A DNA stretch of 64,000 nucleotides from a bacterium (GCA_021825655.1 JAKAGU010000003.1:12014-76013), one strand, 5' to 3'; positions 1 to 11,354 are shown, counted from the first letter of the stretch. The notes: generated from the letters alone by a model not told the origin. Numbers and translations are program-made.

Positions 1-2792
1 AAAAAAAACTGGCCAAGCCGGAAGAAATTTTAGCCCTGACGTTTACGGAAAAGGCAGCGGGCGAAATGCAGGAAAGAGCCGATTTGCTTTTGCCATTGGG
101 CCACTACGACATGTGGATTTCAACTTTCCACAGTTTTTGCGAGCGCCTGTTAAAACTCCATGCGCTGGATATCGGCCTGCCCAACGATTTTAAACTGCTG
201 GACGAAACTGCGGCATGGATTCTGGTTTACAGGAATTTCGAGCGCTTTCAGCTGGATTATTACCGCCCTTTAGGCAACCCGGCCAAATTTATCGGGGCTT
301 TGCTGACTCATTTTTCCAAGTGCAAGGATGAAATGATTTCACCGGAAGAGTACCTGGCCCACACTCAGGATTTAAGACTGCAGCAGGACCAGCCAAAACA
401 AACCCAAAAGAAAAAGCAGGAGGAAACAGGCGTCGATGAAACCGAAATTTCCCGCATTGAAGAAATCGCCAACGCCTACCACGCCTACGAACAGCTGCTG
501 CTGGAAAACAACTTCCTGGATTTTGGGGACCTGATTAACTACTGCCTGCAGCTTTTGCAAAAGCGCCCGAAAATTTTGGACTACTACCGCAATAAGTTCA
601 AATTCCTCATGGTGGACGAATTCCAGGACACCAACTATGCCCAATACCAGCTTGTCAGGCTGCTGGCCGGTGGAAAACAAAATTTGGCCGTAGTTGGGGA
701 TGACGACCAGTCCATTTACAAATTTCGCGGAGCCAGCGTTTCCAATATCCTCAAATTTAAAAAAGACTATCCCAAACTTAAACAAATTACCCTGGTTGAA
801 AATTACCGCAGCAGCCAGAACATTCTGGATTTAGCCTACACATTCATCCAAGCCAACAATCCTGACCGTCTGGAGGTCAATTTAGGCATTAACAAGCGCC
901 TCCAGGCCAAAGGCCCGGCAGGCGAGGGCGTTATCCAGGTAGTGGAAGGTGCGGACCTAAGCGGCGAACTGAATGCGGTGGCCAAAAAAATCCTGGAAAG
1001 AAAAATTAGCCGCAACCTGTCGTGGAACGACATTGCGGTGCTCATCCGCTCCAACTCCGCGGCGGATGCCTTGCTGCCTGTTCTGGCCAGCCACGCTATC
1101 CCGTTTACCTTTGTCGCAAACAAAGGCCTATATAAAAAACCTATTGTGCTGGATATTTTGTCCTACCTAAAATTTCTTGACAATGCCAATGATTCAAGCT
1201 CCCTCTACCGGGTTCTTTCTCTGCCCAAGTTCCACTTAAGCCACCCGGAACTTTCTGACTTACTGCTCCGGTCCAAGAAAAAAACCGAAAGCTTTTATGA
1301 AAGCCTGGCGCAGGCTGCGCTTATGCCCGAAATTTCTTCTGAATCCAAAAAACGCATTGGCGAGCTGCTTGACTTGTCCAAAAAGCACCACGCCATGCTT
1401 AAAACCCATTCGGCTGCGGAATTGCTGGTTGATGTCATAAAAGACCTCGGCTTTGAAGAAAAGCTCAGGGAAGACACCCTGGAAAACGCCCAAAGCCGCG
1501 AACTGCTGGAACAATTTTACAAAAAAATAGAAGATTTTCAGGAAAAAGAAAACGACCACTCTTTGCATAACTTCCTTTCCCTGCTTGAACTGGAACAGGA
1601 GGCCGGAGACGAAGGGGTTGTTCCGTTTGATCCCAACCAGGGACCGGAGAGCGTGAAGGTTCTGACAATCCATGCGGCCAAGGGCTTGGAATTTGAAACG
1701 GTCTTTCTTATCAACCTGGTTGACCAGCGCTTCCCCACACGCGAAAAAGGCGACCCCATAGAAATCCCCGGCGCACTGGTTAAGGACATTCTGCCCGAGG
1801 GTGAGTTCCACTTACAGGAAGAACGCCGCTTGTTTTACGTCGGCCTGACCCGGGCCAAGACCGAGCTTTACCTAACTTGGGCCAAAGACTATGGCGGTCA
1901 GCGCGCCAAAAAACCTTCTCAATTTTTGGTGGAAACCGGGCTGGTGCCAAGCGAAAAAGTCAGCAAAGCTACCGGCAAGGTCGTGTTTACGAAAAACGAA
2001 AAACTGCCCGTGGTTTACCGGCGCCTGCCGGAGCAATTCTCCTATTCCCAGCTCAACGATTTTGAAGCCTGCCCGCTGAAATACAAATACCAGCACTACT
2101 TAAAACTCCCGGTACCCGGCAGCCAGTACCTGAGTTTCGGGCAAACAATACACAAAGTTCTGGAAGAGTACCTCAAACTCTATAAGGCTTCGCTGGAAAT
2201 CAAGCAGATGGACTTGTTCGGCAAAGGAAAAGACGGCCCTATCCAACTGCCTGAATTCCCGGTGCTAGAAAAATTTTACGAGAAATTCTGGATTGATGAC
2301 TGGTACGGTAGCAAACAGCAAAAGCAGCGCTATAAGGCTGAAGGGCATAAAATCCTCAAAACTTTTTTCGAAGAAGCCGCTAAGCAGCCATTCTCGCCAA
2401 AATACATCGAACAGTTTTTCAAGCTTAAGCTTGGCAAATACGATTTTGTTGGCAAGATTGACCGTGCTGACCAGGCGGGAGAGGGTGTTTTAATCCTGGA
2501 CTACAAAACAGGCAAGGTTCCCAAGAGCAAAAAAGACCTGGACCAGCTGTATATTTACCAGTGGGCGGCGCAGGAATTTCTGCAAGAAAAAGTGGTAGGG
2601 CTAAAATACTGGTATTTGCAGGAAAATGCTTTTGTGGAAGAAGAGCTCGCCTTGCCAGAGGAAATCGAGGAGCTAAAGGCCCGGTTATTGGCATTGATAG
2701 AAAAAATCGTGTATGTTACGCGCCACGACCTTTTTAAACAGGAACACCAAAAGCTGAGGGACCACAATTGCCAATTTGAATCTTTGGAGTAA
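1..2792 (+). CDS. UvrD/PcrA-family helicase fused to a C-terminal RecB-type PD-(D/E)XK nuclease domain (AddA-like); 5' end lies outside the window
   Basis: Frame 3 translates from nt 3 as KKLAKPEEILALTFTEKAAGEM (UvrD motif Ia region). Later motifs: DEFQDTN, VGDDDQSIYKFRGA, ENYRSS, LTIHAAKGLEF, FYVGLTRAK. The C-terminus has nuclease motifs SYSQLNDFEACPLKY, LILDYKTGK, QLYIYQ. Confidence 0.8.
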   Translation, partial: KKLAKPEEILALTFTEKAAGEMQERADLLLPLGHYDMWISTFHSFCERLLKLHALDIGLPNDFKLLDETAAWILVYRNFERFQLDYYRPLGNPAKFIGALLTHFSKCKDEMISPEEYLAHTQDLRLQQDQPKQTQKKKQEETGVDETEISRIEEIANAYHAYEQLLLENNFLDFGDLINYCLQLLQKRPKILDYYRNKFKFLMVDEFQDTNYAQYQLVRLLAGGKQNLAVVGDDDQSIYKFRGASVSNILKFKKDYPKLKQITLVENYRSSQNILDLAYTFIQANNPDRLEVNLGINKRLQAKGPAGEGVIQVVEGADLSGELNAVAKKILERKISRNLSWNDIAVLIRSNSAADALLPVLASHAIPFTFVANKGLYKKPIVLDILSYLKFLDNANDSSSLYRVLSLPKFHLSHPELSDLLLRSKKKTESFYESLAQAALMPEISSESKKRIGELLDLSKKHHAMLKTHSAAELLVDVIKDLGFEEKLREDTLENAQSRELLEQFYKKIEDFQEKENDHSLHNFLSLLELEQEAGDEGVVPFDPNQGPESVKVLTIHAAKGLEFETVFLINLVDQRFPTREKGDPIEIPGALVKDILPEGEFHLQEERRLFYVGLTRAKTELYLTWAKDYGGQRAKKPSQFLVETGLVPSEKVSKATGKVVFTKNEKLPVVYRRLPEQFSYSQLNDFEACPLKYKYQHYLKLPVPGSQYLSFGQTIHKVLEEYLKLYKASLEIKQMDLFGKGKDGPIQLPEFPVLEKFYEKFWIDDWYGSKQQKQRYKAEGHKILKTFFEEAAKQPFSPKYIEQFFKLKLGKYDFVGKIDRADQAGEGVLILDYKTGKVPKSKKDLDQLYIYQWAAQEFLQEKVVGLKYWYLQENAFVEEELALPEEIEELKARLLALIEKIVYVTRHDLFKQEHQKLRDHNCQFESLE

Positions 2793-2816
2793 TATCAAAA
2801 TTGTGTTATAATTTAA

Positions 2817-3191
2817 ATGTTTCAAAATAACAAACAACAAATTTACGCCATTGCCGGCGCCACTCTGCTTTCCGCTTTTTCGCTGGGCGCAGTGCTAATG
2901 TTTACGGATCCCGGCCAGGCTTCAGCAAGCACTTTTGGCTTTTTTTACCTTAGTGTTTTCCTTTTTGCTTTTGGCACCTTCACTTTGCTGGGCTTAAGCC
3001 TGAGGCGCTGGCTTGCTCCGAAAATGTTTGTCTTAAATTTCTATACCAGCCTGAGGCAGGCGCTGCTGGTCGCCCTCTTGCTGGTTGCAAGCCTCCTGCT
3101 ATTAGGCCAACGGCTGCTCTTCTGGTGGGTTGAATTAAGCCTTGTTCTCCTTTTGCTCTGCATTGAATTTTTCCTTAGCCTCAAATCCTAA
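2817..3191 (+). CDS. small hydrophobic membrane protein (3 predicted TM segments), hypothetical
   Basis: 124 aa ORF, strongly hydrophobic, immediately downstream of the helicase and 26 nt upstream of the next gene. Confidence 0.35.
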   Translation: MFQNNKQQIYAIAGATLLSAFSLGAVLMFTDPGQASASTFGFFYLSVFLFAFGTFTLLGLSLRRWLAPKMFVLNFYTSLRQALLVALLLVASLLLLGQRLLFWWVELSLVLLLLCIEFFLSLKS

Positions 3192-3217
3192 CTTAGCCTA
3201 TCAACAAAAAACAAAAT

Positions 3218-4759
3218 ATGGACCCAGAAAAAAATCCACCCCAAACCCAGGAAGACGTGCTGCGGGCGGCGAGCGCAACCCCCGCTGCCAAAAACCTGCA
3301 CGAAGATGAACCGCAGGTTTATAATGTCATGCCGCGGCTATTACACAAAAACAACGTATCCCAGCCCGTCATGGAAGTGGTGGACAACTCTCCAAACTCC
3401 ATCGACGGCCTGCAGTCGGCCTCGCCGGCCGGGGGCGTAAATTTTATAAAAATCCTGAAAATAGCCATACTAACAGTGGCTGTTCTCGGTCTCGGCTATG
3501 CCGGCTACCGTTTCGGGCCCAAATACTACAAACAATTTTTTCTGGCCAGCAAGACTGCGGCTCCGGCTCCGGCCCAGACTGCCGACCAATCCACCCAAAG
3601 CACTCAGGACCAAGTTCAGGCCACCTCTTCCCCTGACCAAAACGCAAACAATTCTGCCTTGCCCTCGGATTGGCTCAAAAAATATTTTGGGGTGGATGTT
3701 TGCGATAAGCCCACGGAATGCGGGCCCGACGCCGATCCGGACCTGGACGGCCTTACCAATCTTGAAGAATATCAGCAGGGGACCGACCCAAACAACGCAG
3801 ACTCCGATGGCGACGGCCTGTCCGATGGCGACGAAGTCCATGTATTTTTGTCAAATCCTTTAAAAAAATACTCGAACAACGATCCCAAATACACGGATGC
3901 GGACTATTTTAAGGGCGGCTATGATTTAACCACAACCCAACTAATGACACCTGATCGGCTTCTGGAAATTAAAACCCGGATGTCGGACAAAGGCTTGCAT
4001 CCGCCTACAATCGCCACTTTAGGGGACGCTCTGCAAAAAATTTATAACTTCGGCAGCCCCCTGGACACTTCGGGCCAGCAGGCCTCAAGCACCCCCAGTT
4101 CCACCCCTGACCAGGCTTTGGACGGTTTTGAAGTGACACCCGCAGCCCAGCAGGATCGCGACGCCCAGCGCACCACCACCATAAAAAATATCGGCATCGG
4201 TTTGATTAAATACTACGATAACAACAAAAGCTACCCCAACACCACTGACTTTAAGGAAATGTACGACGCAATCCGAGTCTTCATGAAAGTGGCCACCAAT
4301 CCGCAAGACCCGGTTAATAAGGCTCCCTACGTTTACACTTATGCGCCAAGTGCGGCCGGAGACGATTTTACACTGGCCTATTACAGCGAGGTTGTCCGGC
4401 AGACAATAAAAAAACACGCGGCAGACGCACAAAAAGACAAAGCCACCGAAGAGGCTGCTATTTACGACGACCAAAGGATCAACGACTTAAAGCGCCTCCA
4501 AACCGCGCTTTTGCTTTACTCTTCCAAACAGGCAGCCGGCAACCAGGATAATGTTTTTCCTTCGGCGGAAAAATACAAGACCGAACTCTTGGTCAGCGGC
4601 GACATTACCGACATACCCACAGATCCCAAAACACACAACGACTACGAATATAAGGTAAACGACACCTTTAACACTTTCACCTTAAAAGCCGTACTCGACA
4701 ATCCGCCAACGGGCTCCACCGGCTACCTGTGCAACCAGCTCAACTGCGATTATTACTAA
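3218..4759 (+). CDS. membrane-anchored surface protein with thrombospondin-type-3-like Ca-binding repeats and two tandem pseudopilin (GspG/PulG)-like domains
   Basis: Single TM segment (FIKILKIAILTVAVLGLGYAG) after a roughly 70 aa N-terminal region, then an STQ-rich linker. DADPDLDGLTNLEEYQQGTDPNNADSDGDGLSDGDE matches DxDxDG repeats. Two repeats follow: RDAQRTTTIKNIGIGLIKYYDNNKSYP ... DPVNKAPYVYTY ... FTLAYY, and RINDLKRLQTALLLYSS ... TDPKTHNDYEYK ... FTLKAV. The protein ends in a Cys pair, CNQLNC. Confidence 0.5.
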   Translation: MDPEKNPPQTQEDVLRAASATPAAKNLHEDEPQVYNVMPRLLHKNNVSQPVMEVVDNSPNSIDGLQSASPAGGVNFIKILKIAILTVAVLGLGYAGYRFGPKYYKQFFLASKTAAPAPAQTADQSTQSTQDQVQATSSPDQNANNSALPSDWLKKYFGVDVCDKPTECGPDADPDLDGLTNLEEYQQGTDPNNADSDGDGLSDGDEVHVFLSNPLKKYSNNDPKYTDADYFKGGYDLTTTQLMTPDRLLEIKTRMSDKGLHPPTIATLGDALQKIYNFGSPLDTSGQQASSTPSSTPDQALDGFEVTPAAQQDRDAQRTTTIKNIGIGLIKYYDNNKSYPNTTDFKEMYDAIRVFMKVATNPQDPVNKAPYVYTYAPSAAGDDFTLAYYSEVVRQTIKKHAADAQKDKATEEAAIYDDQRINDLKRLQTALLLYSSKQAAGNQDNVFPSAEKYKTELLVSGDITDIPTDPKTHNDYEYKVNDTFNTFTLKAVLDNPPTGSTGYLCNQLNCDYY

Positions 4760-4769
4760 TTCTAAGCAA

Positions 4770-5198
4770 ATGACCTTCAACCTTTCCTGGCTAAGGAGGC
4801 TTTTTAAGCCGTCCGCAGCAGCTCAAACAGATTATTCCAACATTATTTGCGCCCGCGTGGTGCAGGCGGACAAACACCCGAACGCTGATCGGCTGCGCGT
4901 GGTAACCGTCGATATCGGCAGCCAAACTATTGCTCCGGTGGTTTGCGGGGCTTTCAATTTTGGACCCGGCGACTTTGTGGTTCTGGCCTTGCCGGGCGCG
5001 AAAATTGCCCAAAACATCCATTCCCAAACCCACGAGCCGTTTATACTGCAAAAAGCCAAAATTCGCGGCATCGAGAGCCAAGGCATGATTTGCGCCGGTT
5101 TTGAACTCGGTTTATCCCAAACACCCGAACCGGGCATACTTCTACTTGGCAAAAACGTGAAGCCGGGTAGCCAATTTTCACCTGAAATGATAAAATAA
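4770..5198 (+). CDS. stand-alone tRNA-binding OB-fold domain protein corresponding to the N-terminus (B1/B2) of PheT
   Basis: MTFNLSWLRRLF ... VQADKHPNADRLRVVTVDIG ... VVCGAFN ... AKIRGIESQGMICAGFELGL aligns with residues 1-150 of bacterial PheT. The ORF then terminates. Confidence 0.7.
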   Translation: MTFNLSWLRRLFKPSAAAQTDYSNIICARVVQADKHPNADRLRVVTVDIGSQTIAPVVCGAFNFGPGDFVVLALPGAKIAQNIHSQTHEPFILQKAKIRGIESQGMICAGFELGLSQTPEPGILLLGKNVKPGSQFSPEMIK

Positions 5199-5228
5199 CG
5201 CCATTAAAGACTAAATTCGGGCTAACAT

Positions 5229-6368
5229 ATGAGTAATATTGTCATTGATACCACGGAAGAAAAGCGCCTTAAACAGGAGCTGGAAAAAAGGACTGATTTT
5301 GAGGCGCAGAGAATTAGGCGATACCTGAGCATGCCGGATCTTTCAAGAACGCCGGGCAGCCCCATTGCGGAAATTGTCAAAAGAATACTTGCCAGCGCCT
5401 ATTTTAAAGACCTGGACACTATCCAAACACCGGAGATTGTCCCGGCAGACATTAGTTTCGATTTATTTGATTTTCCCGCTGATCATCCGGCAAGGAGCAA
5501 ATCCGATACCTACTACGTGGACGACAGTAATATTTTGCGCACCCACACTACCATTATGTGGTATTACTATCTGAAGGATGAGGGCGTCAAAGCACGGATT
5601 GCGGAAAATAAGCCTGTGGGCTGTTTCAGTTTTGGCAAAGTTTACCGCAAGGACGAAATCGACCGCAAGCACATGAACGTCTTCCACCAAATCGACGGCT
5701 GGTACCTGGCCCCCAAGTCGCAAAAAACCATTACCCAGACCGATCTGGAAGAAGCTTTGGGTAACATTGCCAAAGCCGTATTCGGTGAAAATGCCAAATA
5801 CCGCCTCAACAAAGACACTTTCCCGTACACAGACCCGTCCCTGGAGATGGAAGTCGACATAAACGGCAGCTGGGTTGAAGTCGTGGGCTGCGGCGTAGTC
5901 AAAGGCAGTGTCCTGGACAAACTGGGTATTGATTCCAAAAACTACACCGGCTGGGCCTTTGGCTTCGGCTTGGAACGTTTGGCAATCACCAGCATGGAGC
6001 TGCCCGACATCCGCCTGTTGTGGTCAAATGACGAGCGCGTAAAAAAACAGCTGAACCTTGGGCAAAAATTTGTTGAAGTAAGCAAATACCCGCCCATTAC
6101 CCGCGACATTTCTTTTGTTGTCAGCAGCGATTTTGTCCCCAATAACTACTTTGACCTGATCCGTGAAATTGGCGGTGACCTGGTAGAACAGGTGGAGCTG
6201 CTGGACAAGTATGAAAACAAAGAAAAATTCGGCGAGGGCAGGACCAGCTACACTTATCGCGTAATCTACAGGAGCCCTGACCGAACGCTTAAAACCGAGG
6301 AAGTGGAGCCTCTGCAGGCCCGGCTTTACGAAGAAACCAAAAAGCAATACAACGCGGAGTTAAGATAA
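5229..6368 (+). CDS. pheS: phenylalanine--tRNA ligase alpha-type catalytic subunit fused to a C-terminal FDX-ACB anticodon-binding domain (mitochondrial-type architecture)
   Basis: Class II PheS motifs FDFPADHPARSKSDTYYV, ILRTHTT, GKVYRKDEIDRKHMNVFHQIDGW, GWAFGFGLERLA. The C-terminal 90 aa (KYPPITRDISFVVSSDF ... VELLDKYEN ... SYTYRVIYRSPDRTLKTEEV) is FDX-ACB-like. Confidence 0.85.
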   Translation: MSNIVIDTTEEKRLKQELEKRTDFEAQRIRRYLSMPDLSRTPGSPIAEIVKRILASAYFKDLDTIQTPEIVPADISFDLFDFPADHPARSKSDTYYVDDSNILRTHTTIMWYYYLKDEGVKARIAENKPVGCFSFGKVYRKDEIDRKHMNVFHQIDGWYLAPKSQKTITQTDLEEALGNIAKAVFGENAKYRLNKDTFPYTDPSLEMEVDINGSWVEVVGCGVVKGSVLDKLGIDSKNYTGWAFGFGLERLAITSMELPDIRLLWSNDERVKKQLNLGQKFVEVSKYPPITRDISFVVSSDFVPNNYFDLIREIGGDLVEQVELLDKYENKEKFGEGRTSYTYRVIYRSPDRTLKTEEVEPLQARLYEETKKQYNAELR

Positions 6369-6527
6369 TAAAAACTCTTTTAAATAAGCCTTAAATTTGA
6401 CTTATTTTTAGCGTTACACTCCTGGAATTTTATACTAAATTGTGTTAAAATTAAGGCAGGAATCGGCAAGCGGCCCAGGAGTCTGGATTAAGACAAAAAC
6501 GCCCCGGAATTCCTGTTTTATTTTTAG

Positions 6528-8597
<2,070 letters not shown>

Positions 8598-8632
8598 AAA
8601 ATATCCGGGTTTTTAGACACAAGAGCAGGGCT

Positions 8633-8661
8633 TTGACATAAAGTTTAAAAAAGCGTAGAAT
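8633..8661 (+). promoter_or_regulatory. sigma70-like promoter upstream of greA
   Basis: TTGACA, 17 nt spacer, TAGAAT. Confidence 0.5.
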
Positions 8662-8694
8662 ACAGCCTAAGCCTCATAAAATAACGGCATAAAA

Positions 8695-9156
8695 ATGTCT
8701 AAAAAATATTTACTGACCCCCGAGGGTTTGGAAAAACTTAACCAGGAGTTAAAGACGCTGGTCAATGACAAACGAAAAGAAGTCATTGAGCGCATTCGCG
8801 AAGCCGCGGCGCACGGCGACCTAAGCGAGAACGCCGATTACGCCCAGGCGCGCGAAGAACAGAGCTTTATCGAAGGCCGCATCCAGGAAATCGAAGACAT
8901 AATCAAGAACGCGGAGATTATCAGCACCGGCAGCCACCGCAATAACGTCTCAGTGGGTTCGACTATTGTGGTAAAAATTAACGGCCAGGAGAGAAAGTAC
9001 ACCATTGTGGGCTCCAACGAAGCCAACCCCAAAGAAGGCAAAATCTCCAATGAATCCCTGGTGGGTAAATCCCTGCTTGGTAAAAAAACTGGAGAAAAGT
9101 TCCAGATAAGCGCCCCGGCCGGAGAAATGAACTACGAAATCATCAGCATTGAATAA
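8695..9156 (+). CDS. greA: transcription elongation factor GreA
   Basis: LLTPEGLEKLNQELKTL ... HGDLSENADYAQAREEQSFIEGRIQEIE, with a C-terminal FKBP-like domain. Confidence 0.85.
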   Translation: MSKKYLLTPEGLEKLNQELKTLVNDKRKEVIERIREAAAHGDLSENADYAQAREEQSFIEGRIQEIEDIIKNAEIISTGSHRNNVSVGSTIVVKINGQERKYTIVGSNEANPKEGKISNESLVGKSLLGKKTGEKFQISAPAGEMNYEIISIE

Positions 9157-9164
9157 GTGTTAGG

Positions 9165-9199
9165 AAAAAAACCGCCTTTGTAAAAATAGGCGGTTTTTG
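9165..9199 (+). terminator. intrinsic terminator after greA
   Basis: Hairpin aaccgcct/aggcggtt followed by a T-run. Confidence 0.5.
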
Positions 9200-9242
9200 T
9201 TATAATAAATGAGTATTTCCATGATTTTTAACGTTTCGATTC

Positions 9243-10703
9243 ATGAGCGAAAGACTTGAAGACATCATCAATGCGCGCAAAAATAAGCTCGAGGCCCTAA
9301 AACAGGCGGGCGTTGACCCGTATCCTTCTGCCTGCGAACGCACTCACACCAATCAAGCGGCCCTGGATTCCTTCGAATCTTTGCAAAATCAGGAAATTAC
9401 CCTGGTCGGGCGGCTAAAGAGTTTCCGGGACATGGGCAAACTCATTTTTGCCCACATGGAAGACGGGACTGCCAAAATTCAGGTGTTATTCAAGTCCGAC
9501 AACTTAGGTGCGGAGGCGTTTAAATCGCTTTTAGATTACGCCGATATCGGCGACTTTATCCAGGTTAGCGGCACGCTTTTTTTGACCAAGACCCAGGAAA
9601 AAACTTTGCAGGCAACGGGCTACAAGCTCTTGGCCAAAAGCCTGTTACCCTTGCCTAGCGAGCACTACGGCCTGCAAGACGAGGAAACACGCTTGCGTCA
9701 GCGATATTTGGATATACTACTTAACCCCGAAACCAAGAAACTGTTCGAAAAAAAGAATTTATTTTGGTCAAAGATGCGGGAATTCCTGGTTAAGAAAGGT
9801 TTCCTAGAGTTGGAAATGCCTATCCTGGAGGCAATTCCAGGCGGAGCCGAAGCGGAGCCATTCGTGACTCACCACAACGCCCTGGATCGTGATTTTTATT
9901 TGCGTATCAGCCTGGAATTGCCTTTGAAAAAAATGCTTGTGGCGGGCTATGAAAAAGTTTTCGAGATTGGCCGGATTTTCCGCAACGAAGGCATTGACAC
10001 CGAACACTTACAGGACTATACGCAGATGGAATTTTACTGGGCCTACAGCGATTTTGAAAAACTTATGGACTTCCTCCAGGAAATGTACCAATACGTTATC
10101 CAGGAAACTTTTGGCACGCTGACTATTGCCAGCCGGGGTATCACCTGCGACTGGAGCGGGGAATGGGAAAAAGTCAGCTACATCAAGCTCTTTCAGGAAC
10201 ACACGGGCATTGACCTGAAACTGGCCAATGATGCCGATTTAAAAAAATATTTGGACGAAAAAAATATTAAATACGAGCCTGCCGCGCACCGCGCCAAGTT
10301 GATTGACACCATCTTTAAAACGGTCAGGTCTGCCATCCCGTCGGGTAAGCCTGTGTTCCTGGTCGACCAGCCGGTCGAACTGGAGCCTTTGGCCAAAAAA
10401 GACCCTAGCGACCCCAAGCTGGTACAGCGTTTGCAGATTGTCGCCTATGGCACAGAGCTGGGCAAGGGGTTTGGCGAACTCAATGACCCCACAGACCAGC
10501 GCGCCCGCTTTGAAGAACAGATGCAACGGCGTGAAGCAGGGGACAAGGAAGCCCAATTTATAGACTTCGATTACCTGGAAGCTATGGAATACGGCATGCC
10601 GCCGGCTGCAGGCTTCGGGGTTTCGCAGCGCTTGTTCGCCTTTTTGACTGACCGGCCCATTAGGGAAACCGTGATTTTCCCACCCATGAAAAAGCAAAAA
10701 TAG
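9243..10703 (+). CDS. lysS: lysine--tRNA ligase (class II)
   Basis: RQRYLDILLNPETKKLF, FLELEMPIL, VFEIGRIFRNEGIDTEHLQDYTQMEFYWAY, GFGVSQRL. Confidence 0.9.
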   Translation: MSERLEDIINARKNKLEALKQAGVDPYPSACERTHTNQAALDSFESLQNQEITLVGRLKSFRDMGKLIFAHMEDGTAKIQVLFKSDNLGAEAFKSLLDYADIGDFIQVSGTLFLTKTQEKTLQATGYKLLAKSLLPLPSEHYGLQDEETRLRQRYLDILLNPETKKLFEKKNLFWSKMREFLVKKGFLELEMPILEAIPGGAEAEPFVTHHNALDRDFYLRISLELPLKKMLVAGYEKVFEIGRIFRNEGIDTEHLQDYTQMEFYWAYSDFEKLMDFLQEMYQYVIQETFGTLTIASRGITCDWSGEWEKVSYIKLFQEHTGIDLKLANDADLKKYLDEKNIKYEPAAHRAKLIDTIFKTVRSAIPSGKPVFLVDQPVELEPLAKKDPSDPKLVQRLQIVAYGTELGKGFGELNDPTDQRARFEEQMQRREAGDKEAQFIDFDYLEAMEYGMPPAAGFGVSQRLFAFLTDRPIRETVIFPPMKKQK

Positions 10704-10704
10704 C

Positions 10705-11301
10705 ATGAAGCTGCTGATTGCAACATTCAATCAAGGCAAACTGGAGGACTATCAGTCTTTTTGCAAGGATTGGGGGCTGACGGCTGTTAATTTAAGAGAT
10801 GTCGGCATTACCGAAGAGTTCGAGGAAATACACGACACTTTTGAAGCTAATGCCAAAGCCAAAGCGGAGTTCTACGGCCGGCTTAGCGGCTTGCCCACGC
10901 TGGCGGACGACAGCGGCATCGAAATTCCATTTTATAACATGGAACCGGGCGTAAAGACCAAACGCTGGGCCGGCCCCGGAATACAGGGCAAAGATTATTT
11001 TCGCTTTATCATCGAAAAAATAAAGGGCATACCACCAAAACAGAGACACGGACAAATGCGGGCCGTACTGGCACTCTATATAAACGGCCAGACGCATCTG
11101 GCTGAAGGGAAAATTATTGGCACCTTTACGGACCAGGTATACACGGAATCCTTCACTCCCGATTATCCCTGGGACTCGATATTTATACTGGGCGCCAACG
11201 GAAAATACTACGAGGCGCTCACTCCGGAAGAAAATCTAGAGTACAACCACAGGCGCGTAGCCTTTGAACAATTCAAGCCCCTGCTTATCCATGAAAACTG
11301 A
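10705..11301 (+). CDS. rdgB: non-canonical purine NTP pyrophosphatase (RdgB/Ham1 family)
   Basis: MKLLIATFNQGKLEDYQ ... LADDSGIEIP, about 198 aa as expected for Ham1. Confidence 0.6.
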   Translation: MKLLIATFNQGKLEDYQSFCKDWGLTAVNLRDVGITEEFEEIHDTFEANAKAKAEFYGRLSGLPTLADDSGIEIPFYNMEPGVKTKRWAGPGIQGKDYFRFIIEKIKGIPPKQRHGQMRAVLALYINGQTHLAEGKIIGTFTDQVYTESFTPDYPWDSIFILGANGKYYEALTPEENLEYNHRRVAFEQFKPLLIHEN

Positions 11302-11354
11302 ACTTTCACCGGAAGAAATTATCAATCGTTTCTCCAGCCCAGGGCTGGAATATT

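Noticed and set aside
2803-2819. Leaderless promoter call for the small membrane protein at 2817 (TGtTATAAT at 2804-2812, only 4 nt before the ATG).
   Set aside because: The spacing puts the predicted transcription start inside or after the ATG, so either the start codon or the promoter assignment is wrong. It is not reported as a feature.
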